A DNA stretch of 64,000 nt from Verrucomicrobiia bacterium (GTDB lineage Bacteria; Acidobacteriota; Polarisedimenticolia; Gp22-AA2): contig DASRAU010000039.1 in assembly GCA_035638075.1 (NCBI GenBank), positions 7,010 to 71,009 of the forward strand. The letters run 5' to 3'. Each line of letters begins with the position of its first letter. Positions within the stretch are counted from its first letter, which is position 1. Below, piece after piece: positions 57,229-64,000 of this stretch. The translations under genes were made by a program, and so were the position numbers. The notes beneath the pieces were generated by a model, which made no database searches, was not told the DNA's origin, and saw nothing but the letters and a program-made list of their open reading frames with translations.

Positions 57229-57846
57229 ATGTCCTATGAAAACGACCCCCGCGCCACCAATCCCTCGATGGCGCGGACGGAGCGGCGGGCGGAAAGCCCG
57301 GTTCCGGAAGACAGCGGCTCCGGGGCTCCGGCACCGATGACCCGGCAGGATTGGGACAAGGCGCTGGAGGAACTGCACCCCGTGAGCTTTCGCTGGGCCG
57401 TGACCTGCTGTCGCGGGGATCGCGAGGAGGCTCGAGACGTGCTGCAGAGCGTGTACGTGGACGTGCTGGACGGGCGGGCCCGGTTCGACGGCCTCGCCTC
57501 GGTCCAGACGTGGCTCTTCGCCGTCATCCGCCGCACCGCCGCCTCGCGGCGGCGCCGCGGCCTCGTCCGCAGCGTGCTGCTCGGGCAGTGGGCGCGGCGC
57601 CGCCCCGAACCGGTTTCGCCCGACCCGGCCGCGCGCCTGGAGAAGGCCGAGCGCGTCGCCCGCATCCGCGAGGCGATGCGGACCCTGTCGGCGCGCCAGC
57701 GCCAGGTCCTCGAGCTGGTCTTCCATCACGAACTCACCATCGAGGAGGCCGCCGGTGTCCTGGGCATCGGCGTGGGGAGCGCCCGCACGCACTACGAGCG
57801 CGGCAAGCGCGCCCTCCACGATCGCCTCACGGAGGCGGGCCTGTGA
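57229..57846 (+). CDS. ECF (sigma-70 group IV) RNA polymerase sigma factor
   Basis: Region 2 (VLQSVYVDVLDG...WLFAVIRR) and region 4 HTH (LELVFHHELTIEEAAGVLGIGVGSARTHYERGKRAL). Confidence 0.9.
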   Translation: MSYENDPRATNPSMARTERRAESPVPEDSGSGAPAPMTRQDWDKALEELHPVSFRWAVTCCRGDREEARDVLQSVYVDVLDGRARFDGLASVQTWLFAVIRRTAASRRRRGLVRSVLLGQWARRRPEPVSPDPAARLEKAERVARIREAMRTLSARQRQVLELVFHHELTIEEAAGVLGIGVGSARTHYERGKRALHDRLTEAGL

Positions 57847-58325
57847 CCCGGGAGAACGAGCGGCTGCGACGTGTCTTCCACGAGATGCACGATGCCGACC
57901 TTCCGGCGCCGGCGTATGAATCCCCCGACGCTGCGTCGGGCGCACCGGCCGCGTCAGCCTCCACTGCGCGGCCGGTGCGGAAGTCCGCCGTCGGCCGGCC
58001 GGGGCGCACCCCGGTGTTCGCGCGCGCGGCCTGGGCCTTCGCCGCGGCCGCGGCGGCCTGCGCGGTCGTCCTGGCGCTTCGCGACGGCGGCCTGCTCCAC
58101 CCGGCCCCCGGCGCGCCCACGACACCCGGCGAGGACGAGACCGTGCAGCTCGCCGCCACCCTCACCACCTGGGAGGCGCCCACCGATTTCCTCTTGACCA
58201 CACCCGGCGCGGAGTTCCTGCAATCGGCTCCGCGCCTCGGCACCGGAATGGAGACGCTGTCGGGTGACCACGGCGACCTCCTGCAGAACGACAACAACGA
58301 GAACGACACGGAGGTGTACCAATGA
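57843..58325 (+). CDS. Putative anti-sigma factor (single-pass membrane protein)
   Basis: The GTG overlaps the sigma stop (GTGA). Cytoplasmic N-terminus, one TM (AAWAFAAAAAACAVVLAL), short periplasmic tail. Confidence 0.6.
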   Translation: MTRENERLRRVFHEMHDADLPAPAYESPDAASGAPAASASTARPVRKSAVGRPGRTPVFARAAWAFAAAAAACAVVLALRDGGLLHPAPGAPTTPGEDETVQLAATLTTWEAPTDFLLTTPGAEFLQSAPRLGTGMETLSGDHGDLLQNDNNENDTEVYQ

Positions 58326-58894
58326 AGAAGCTTTTCCTCGTCGCCGCCCTGGTCGCATCCGCGACCGTCGTCATCGCCCAGGCCCGCCCATGGGGCCGTG
58401 AAGGCGGCCCTCCCGGCGGTCCCGGCGCCTTCGGCGGGCCGCGCGCCGAGATCATGGGAGAGCTGTTCTCGCCCGAGCTGGTGATGCGCCACCAGGAGGA
58501 GATCGGGCTCAGCGCCGATCAGAAGTCGAAGCTGATCAAGGCCACGCAGGCGCTGCAGACCGATCTCGTGCCGCTGCAGTTCGAGATGGGCGAAGCGAGC
58601 GGCAAGCTGCGCGACGCCCTCGCCCAGCCGACCATCGACGAGCAGAAGGCCGGTGACCTGGCCGACCACCTCATGACCCTCGAAACAAAGATCAAGAAGC
58701 GCCACCTGACCACGATGATCCAGGTCAAGAACGCCCTCACGCCGGAGCAGCAGGATCGCCTGAAGGCCCTGCGCGAGCAGGATCGCGCCGAGCGCCGCGC
58801 CCGGCGCGGCGACCGCGGCGGCCCGCCCGACGGCGGCGCCGGCGCCCCGCCGGACGGCGGCGGCGACGACCTGGCCCCGGAGCCCGGCAACTAG
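58322..58894 (+). CDS. Spy/CpxP-family (LTxxQ) periplasmic stress protein
   Basis: Signal peptide, LTPEQQ motif, helical charged repeats. The ATG overlaps the upstream stop (ATGA). Confidence 0.75.
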   Translation: MKKLFLVAALVASATVVIAQARPWGREGGPPGGPGAFGGPRAEIMGELFSPELVMRHQEEIGLSADQKSKLIKATQALQTDLVPLQFEMGEASGKLRDALAQPTIDEQKAGDLADHLMTLETKIKKRHLTTMIQVKNALTPEQQDRLKALREQDRAERRARRGDRGGPPDGGAGAPPDGGGDDLAPEPGN

Positions 58895-58998
58895 AACCGC
58901 CGCCCCTCCCCCGCGCCCCGAAGGGACCGGACCGACCCGGCCCGACGGGGCGCGGGCGCTTCGAGACGCTGCCGGACGCGTCCGCGGCGCATCTCCGC

Positions 58999-59028
58999 TT
59001 GACGCCTCCCCGCCACCGCGGGTACAGT
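58999..59028 (+). promoter_or_regulatory. Sigma70-like promoter candidate for the padR operon
   Basis: TTGACG (58999-59004), an 18-bp spacer, then TACAGT (59023-59028). Confidence 0.5.
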
Positions 59029-59032
59029 CGCC

Positions 59033-59079
59033 TCCACTTGACTGTCTAGTGGAACGTCTCCACTCGACGGTCGAGTGGA
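59033..59079. promoter_or_regulatory. Tandem palindromic operator sites (TCCACT-N9-AGTGGA ×2), likely PadR autoregulatory operators
   Basis: Site 1 is TCCACTtgactgtctAGTGGA (59033-59053). Site 2 is TCCACTCGACgGTCGAGTGGA, a perfect 21-bp palindrome (59059-59079). They lie immediately downstream of the -10 and 10 nt before the padR GTG. Confidence 0.55.
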
Positions 59080-59088
59080 GGGCACCGC

Positions 59089-59433
59089 GTGGGCACACAA
59101 CCCGCCAAGGACAGGTCGGCCGGGCTCGTCCAGGGCACGCTCGACATGCTCATCCTCAAGACGCTGGCGCTCGAGGCGATGCACAGCTACGACATCGGCG
59201 CCCGCCTCGCCCGCGTCAGCCAGGGGGTGTTCGTCGTCAACCCGGGGTCGCTCTTCCCCGCCTTCCGGCGGCTGGAGCGCTCCGGCCTCATCCGCGGCGA
59301 GTGGCGTGACACCGAGAACAACCGCCGCGCCCGCTACTACAGCCTGACCTCGCGCGGCCGCAAGCGCCTCGGCGACGAGACGAAGCACTGGCGCCGCCTC
59401 TCCGGCGCCATCGCGCGCGTCCTGGAGGCCTGA
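59089..59433 (+). CDS. PadR-family transcriptional regulator
   Basis: [25 protein letters not shown]...[19 protein letters not shown]...[10 protein letters not shown] is a canonical PadR winged HTH. Confidence 0.9.
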   Translation: MGTQPAKDRSAGLVQGTLDMLILKTLALEAMHSYDIGARLARVSQGVFVVNPGSLFPAFRRLERSGLIRGEWRDTENNRRARYYSLTSRGRKRLGDETKHWRRLSGAIARVLEA

Positions 59434-62042
59434 TGGACGCCCTCGGCCGGTTCTTCCGCGGTCTGCGCGCCCTCTTCCGGCGCGATCGCGACGACCACGA
59501 GCTCGACGAAGAGCTGCGCGCTTACGCCGACGACTCGGCGGCCGCGCACGCGCGCGCCGGGATGGACCCCGCCGCCGCGCGGCGCGCCGCCGGCGTGGAG
59601 ATGGGCTCCGCCGAGGCGGTCAAGGACCACGTGCGCGACGTCGGCTGGGAAACGCATTTCGACTCGCTCCTGCGCGACCTGCGCTACGGGGCGCGGATCC
59701 TTTTCCGACACCCCGGGTTCTCCGCCGCGGCCATCCTCACCCTGGCGCTCGGCGTCGGCGCCAACACGGCGCTGTTCAGCGTGGTGAACGCGGTCCTCCT
59801 GAAGCCGCTCCCCTATCCGGACGACGACCGCCTGGTGACGCTCGCGGGAACGCATTCGGTTCCCGACGTCGCCGACCTCGCCACCCTGTCGAAGTCGTTC
59901 ACGGCGATGGGGACCCTGGCGCGCTGGGATGCCGACCTCGTCGGCGAGGGGGAGCCGGAGCGGATCTTCGCCGAGCTGGCCGGAGAGGACACCTTCAAGG
60001 CGCTCGCGGTCCCGGCGGCGATCGGGCGGACCTTCGACGCCCGTGACGACCAGGCGCGCGCGCCGGTCGTGATCCTGAGTGACGGGTTCTGGCGCAGCCA
60101 TCTCGCCGCCGACCCGGCGGTCATCGGAAGAAAACTGACGCTCAGCGGCAAGGTGTACGACGTGATCGGCGTGATGCCTCCCGGTTTCCGGACCCCGTTC
60201 AACGGGTCGGCCGCGCAGCTCTGGGTGCCTTTCCGGTTCGGCTACCCCGAGGCGGCCGAGGCGCGCGGCGCCCACTTCACCAACCCGGTGGCCCGGCTCG
60301 CCCCTCATGTCACGCTGGCCGCGGCCCGGGCCGAGCTCGAGCTTTTGGGCCGGCGCCTGGCCGAGGCCCACCCGGACGAGGCCCGCACCTTCGTGCCCGA
60401 GCCGTTGCGCGACCGCGTCAATGGAGAGATCCGCCGGCCGCTCCTGCTGCTGTTCGCGGCGGTGTCGCTCGTTTTGCTCGTCGCCTGCGCCAACTACGCG
60501 TCGCTCCTTCTGGCCCGCGGCGCCGGGCGCGGGGCCGAGATGCGCCTGCGACGGGCGCTGGGCGCCGGGCGCGGCCGGCTGGTGCGCCAGCTCGTCACCG
60601 AGAGCGCGCTCCTGTCGCTTCTCGGCGGCCTGGCCGGCGCGCTCCTCGCGAGCCTCGGCCTGCGTGCTCTGGCGGCGCTTCGACCCGAGGGACTGCCGGC
60701 GGTCAATCCGATCGGGCTCGACCTCGACGCTCTCGCCTTCGCGCTGCTCGCGTCGTTCGTCACCGGACTCGCGTTCGGTGCGGCCCCGGCGTGGCAGGCG
60801 GCGCGCGGCGGCGAGCGGCCGCCGGCCTCGTCCACGACGAGCGCCGCGACCTCACCCCTGCGGCGCGGCCTCGTGGTCGCGCAGCTGGCGCTGGCGCTGG
60901 TCCTCCTGACGGGAGCGGGCCTGCTGATGCGCTCGTTCGCGATCCTGCTCGCCCAGCCGAGCGGCTTCCAGCCGGCCGGGGTGCTGACGATGCGGCTGCA
61001 GCTGCCGGCGGCGCGCTACGACTCGATCCCGTCGCAGCAGGCGTTCCTGTCGCGGCTCGAGGAAGGACTACGCGACCTGCCGGGCGCGCGCGCCGCCGGG
61101 CTCGTCTCCGAGCTGCCGCTTTCCGGCTGGCGGATGATGCACAACATGATCGTCGAGGGGCAGCCCCAGGTTCCCGAAGGCCAGGAGCCGGAGATCTACA
61201 CGCACGAGGTGAGCCCCGGCTACTTCGCCGCCGCGGGAACGCCGATCGTGCGCGGCCGCGGCATCGCCGTCTCCGATGCGCCCGGCGCGGCGCTCGTGGG
61301 CGTGGTCAACGAGGCGTTCGTGCGCCGCTTCGCGCCCGATCGCGACCCTTTGGGGATGCGGGCGCGCTGGGCCCGCGCCGATCCGAACGCCTGGATGACC
61401 ATCGTGGGCGTCGTCGGCGATGCGCGCTTCGAGAGCCTGGGCGAGGAGCAATCCCCGACCATCTACACGCCCTTTCTCCAGAAGCAGCAGCCGTGGAAGC
61501 GCTGGACCGCCGTCGTCATCCGCACCGCGGGAGGCGATCCGATGGCCTTCGCGGAGCGGGTCCGGCAGGACGTGCGGCGCCTCGACCCGGCGCTGCCGAT
61601 CACCGAGGTCCGGCCGATGTCCGCGGTGCTTCTCTCGTCGGTCAGCGACCGGCGCTTCAATCTCATCCTGCTGTCGGCCTTCGCCGGCCTGGCGTTCGGC
61701 CTGGCCGCGGTCGGCGTCTACGGCGTGCTGGCGCACCTCGTGGCGCAGCGGTCGCGCGAGGTCGGGGTGCGCATGGCGCTCGGCGCCCGGCGTCTCGACG
61801 TCCTGTGGCTCATGCTGCGCCAGGGCCTGCCGCTCATCGGCCTCGGCATCGCCGGCGGGACGCTCGCCGCCCTGGCCTCGACGCACCTGATGCGGAGCCT
61901 GCTCTACGGCATCGGACCCGGCGATCCCCTGACCTTCGTCGCCGCGGCCGCCTGCCTGGCCCTCGTCGGCGTGCTCGCGAGCCTGATCCCGGCGCAGCGG
62001 GCGGCGCGCGTCGATCCCTGCATCGCCCTGCGCGCCGAATAG
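59433..62042 (+). CDS. ADOP-family duplicated FtsX/MacB-like ABC transporter permease
   Basis: 869 aa with a MacB-like periplasmic domain and two FtsX 4-TM modules. The N-terminal [31 protein letters not shown] is typical of Acidobacterial ADOP permeases found downstream of padR. Confidence 0.9.
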   Translation: MDALGRFFRGLRALFRRDRDDHELDEELRAYADDSAAAHARAGMDPAAARRAAGVEMGSAEAVKDHVRDVGWETHFDSLLRDLRYGARILFRHPGFSAAAILTLALGVGANTALFSVVNAVLLKPLPYPDDDRLVTLAGTHSVPDVADLATLSKSFTAMGTLARWDADLVGEGEPERIFAELAGEDTFKALAVPAAIGRTFDARDDQARAPVVILSDGFWRSHLAADPAVIGRKLTLSGKVYDVIGVMPPGFRTPFNGSAAQLWVPFRFGYPEAAEARGAHFTNPVARLAPHVTLAAARAELELLGRRLAEAHPDEARTFVPEPLRDRVNGEIRRPLLLLFAAVSLVLLVACANYASLLLARGAGRGAEMRLRRALGAGRGRLVRQLVTESALLSLLGGLAGALLASLGLRALAALRPEGLPAVNPIGLDLDALAFALLASFVTGLAFGAAPAWQAARGGERPPASSTTSAATSPLRRGLVVAQLALALVLLTGAGLLMRSFAILLAQPSGFQPAGVLTMRLQLPAARYDSIPSQQAFLSRLEEGLRDLPGARAAGLVSELPLSGWRMMHNMIVEGQPQVPEGQEPEIYTHEVSPGYFAAAGTPIVRGRGIAVSDAPGAALVGVVNEAFVRRFAPDRDPLGMRARWARADPNAWMTIVGVVGDARFESLGEEQSPTIYTPFLQKQQPWKRWTAVVIRTAGGDPMAFAERVRQDVRRLDPALPITEVRPMSAVLLSSVSDRRFNLILLSAFAGLAFGLAAVGVYGVLAHLVAQRSREVGVRMALGARRLDVLWLMLRQGLPLIGLGIAGGTLAALASTHLMRSLLYGIGPGDPLTFVAAAACLALVGVLASLIPAQRAARVDPCIALRAE

Positions 62043-62079
62043 CTTCGCCGCATCGACTCGCGCCGCCGCGCCGAATAGC

Positions 62080-62358
62080 CTAGACGGCGTACTGGTTCAG
62101 GATGTGCTCGATCTCGGCCGTCGTGAAGTCATTCAGGCCGATGACCCGGGTCTCGGGACGCAGCGTCGGCGGCACGATGTTGCGGGCGTCATCGCGGCTG
62201 TCCACGTCGGCGATGAACCACGCCTTGTGGACGCCGTCCTTGCAGCCCCAGTCGGCGTGCGTCAGGAAGTGCGAACCGGTCTTGAGGAAGATGTCCACGA
62301 CCCGCGCGCACGGCACCATCCCCGCATCGTGCGGAACCTCGACCAGAAATCTCGCCAT
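62080..62358 (-). CDS. Hypothetical small protein (~93 aa)
   Basis: MARFLVEVPHDAGMVPCARVVDIFLKTGSHFLTHADWGC... Start at an internal Met of the track ORF. No confident family. Confidence 0.45.
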   Translation of the reverse strand: MARFLVEVPHDAGMVPCARVVDIFLKTGSHFLTHADWGCKDGVHKAWFIADVDSRDDARNIVPPTLRPETRVIGLNDFTTAEIEHILNQYAV

Positions 62359-62567
62359 GGCTCTGTCTCCTTGATGAGGACACCAGAGGGTGGTGACCGA
62401 CGCCCAATCTACGGCATCGACGTGGCTGGAGACTTGCCCCGGAGACCGTCGCTCTTTGCCGGGCGTCCGGAGCATGCGGCCGAGCGACCCGTAGTACCCT
62501 GCGATCACCGGATCACGAACCCGATGCGGCCGGCCGAAGCGGCGCCGCATTTCGCACAGGAGACCTC

Positions 62568-63059
62568 ATGCCCACGAAAACCCGCGCGAAGATCTTCCCG
62601 TTCCTCTGGTACGCGAAGGAAGCCGAGGAGGCGGCGAAGTTCTACGCCTCCGTCTTCCCGGATTCCCATGTCGACAGGGTCACAACGATGATGAGCGAAT
62701 CGCCGAGCGGTCCGCCCGGCTCGGTGAAGGTCGTCGACTTCACGCTCCTCGGCCAGCGCTTCCAGGCGATGACGGCGGGCAAGCACGACGACTTCAACGA
62801 CTCCATCTCGATCACGGTGCTCTGCGAGGACCAGGCGGAAATCGATCGCTACTGGCACGCGCTCCTGAAGGACGGCGGCAAGGAGCAGGCGTGCGGCTGG
62901 CTGACCGACCGCTACGGCCTGCGCTGGCAGATCGTTCCGGCCGTCATGGAAGAGATGATGGCCGACCCCGACCCGAAGCGCTCCAGGAAGGCCACCGACG
63001 CGATGATGAAGATGGTCAAGTTCGACATCGCCGCGCTGGAGAAGGCCTACCGGTCGTAG
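62568..63059 (+). CDS. PhnB-like VOC-superfamily protein (3-demethylubiquinone-9 3-methyltransferase-type domain)
   Basis: IFPFLWYAKEAEEAAKFYASVF...FTLLGQRFQAM...CGWLTDRYGLRWQIVP matches pfam06983. Confidence 0.8.
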   Translation: MPTKTRAKIFPFLWYAKEAEEAAKFYASVFPDSHVDRVTTMMSESPSGPPGSVKVVDFTLLGQRFQAMTAGKHDDFNDSISITVLCEDQAEIDRYWHALLKDGGKEQACGWLTDRYGLRWQIVPAVMEEMMADPDPKRSRKATDAMMKMVKFDIAALEKAYRS

Positions 63060-63067
63060 GCCGCCGC

Positions 63068-63475
63068 TCAGTCGCGGTTGATCGCCGCCAGGACGACGCC
63101 GGTGACCAGCGCCATGACGGTCTCGAGGGCGATCTGCTTGACGACGATCGCCCCGGGCCAGGGCTGCACGACGTAATAGATGAGGTACATCGGGATGGCG
63201 AAGGCGCACGCGAGCGCCACGCCGAAGCGCAGCCCCTGTCCGAGCCATGGCCGGCCGGACTCGCGTCCCTTGCGATAGATCCACGTGAAGCCGAAGGCCA
63301 TCACGAGATTCGCGATGAACATCCAGTGGAAGTGCGCCTGCGCGTCGGCCTCGGTGCGCATCAGGTTCGGCTGCGCCGCGTAGTCGGCGTGCAGAATCGT
63401 CCCGTGGATCAGGAACCCGCCCAGCATCACGACCACGAACGTCACGACCCCCGAGATCCAGAACCGTGGCCCCAT
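63068..63475 (-). CDS. Hypothetical 4-TM membrane protein
   Basis: 135 aa, four hydrophobic helices. No family assigned with confidence. Confidence 0.55.
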   Translation of the reverse strand: MGPRFWISGVVTFVVVMLGGFLIHGTILHADYAAQPNLMRTEADAQAHFHWMFIANLVMAFGFTWIYRKGRESGRPWLGQGLRFGVALACAFAIPMYLIYYVVQPWPGAIVVKQIALETVMALVTGVVLAAINRD

Positions 63476-63575
63476 TCACCCCCCCTGGCGCGACGCGGCG
63501 CGGCGGAGATGGTAGCATCCGCCCCGCGAAGTCACCTGTCACCCGTTCACGCAGCGCGATCACAGGAGGAACCCG

Positions 63576-63824
63576 ATGCACTGGATCGTCACGATCGTGG
63601 TCGGCGGGATTATCGGTTGGCTTGCCAGCATGGTGATGAAGACCAACGCCCAGATGGGTCTCATCGCCAACATCATCGTCGGGATCGTGGGGTCGAGCCT
63701 CGGCTTCTGGCTGGCCGGCGTGCTCGGCCTGGCCGCCTACGGCGTCGTCGCCCAGTGGATCGTGGCGGTGATCGGCGCCGCGGTCCTGATCTTCATCCTC
63801 AAGGCTCTCGGGATCTTCAAGTAG
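63576..63824 (+). CDS. GlsB/YeaQ/YmgE-family (transglycosylase-associated) small membrane stress protein
   Basis: IVVGGIIGWLASMVM...IANIIVGIVGSSLGFWLAG is the family signature. RBS AGGAGG. Confidence 0.85.
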   Translation: MHWIVTIVVGGIIGWLASMVMKTNAQMGLIANIIVGIVGSSLGFWLAGVLGLAAYGVVAQWIVAVIGAAVLIFILKALGIFK

Positions 63825-63945
63825 GCATCTTCAAGTCACGTTCAGGTTGCCGCCGGGTGTGACTCGGCGTACTTAGGGTCGGTCCGGAATCGCGGCGCCG
63901 GCACGGTGTCCGTGCGCCCGTCGTCCGGGCCAGGGAGGGACCACG

Positions 63946-64000
63946 ATGCGAGACAAAACGACTCGGTGGATCGTCGGTGGCGTCGTCCTCATGGCTGTCC
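63946..64000 (+). CDS. 5' end of an ORF continuing past the window (MRDKTTRWIVGGVVLMAV...)
   Basis: ATG preceded by GGGAGGGA. Only 18 codons are visible. Confidence 0.3.
   Translation, partial: MRDKTTRWIVGGVVLMAV

Overview
This is a high-GC (~70%) bacterial chromosomal segment with dense coding on both strands. Gene content points to Acidobacteriota: a PadR regulator paired with a duplicated-FtsX (ADOP/MacB-like) permease, HAF-repeat exoproteins, and several hybrid histidine kinases. I found no rRNA, tRNA, CRISPR array, transposase or integrase.

Housekeeping genes include transketolase, purF, a DASS symporter, an HD-domain dNTPase-like phosphohydrolase and a family-4/5 uracil-DNA glycosylase.

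Accessory content falls into four groups:
- Copper-handling proteins: a Cu+ P1B-type ATPase with YHS and CPMHPE N-terminal motifs, a divergent rhodanese, a type-1 cupredoxin, and a CoxB-like cupredoxin followed by a SCO1/SenC gene fused to an FG-GAP/ASPIC beta-propeller.
- Ser/Thr phosphatase signalling: a membrane SpoIIE-type PP2C and an FHA–GAF–PP2C protein flanking the cupredoxin.
- A 13-kb block of three hybrid histidine kinase genes carrying four paralogous kinase–receiver modules; one polypeptide holds two complete kinase–receiver units.
- Envelope proteins: LysM/M23 and M28 peptidases, a CPBP protease co-transcribed with a GT87-like membrane protein and a tandem-DUF3761 exoprotein, a paralogous pair of Ysc84/DUF500 genes, and an ECF sigma / anti-sigma / Spy-CpxP module.

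The most striking object is a 78-codon SelW/Rdx-family gene on the minus strand at ~56954..57190. It has an in-frame TGA exactly at the CxxU redox position and a GC hairpin just downstream, so it is a putative selenoprotein. No ORF caller would report it.

Other notable points are the unusual SCO1–beta-propeller fusion, a glycosylase whose conserved Fe-S cysteine motif lies upstream of any canonical start codon (the frame begins in a CTGA overlap with the preceding stop), a tandem perfect-palindrome operator with a sigma70-like promoter upstream of padR, and pervasive 1- to 4-nt stop/start overlaps throughout the window. Refined start coordinates are hand-counted and may be off by 1-3 nt; end coordinates follow the ORF track.
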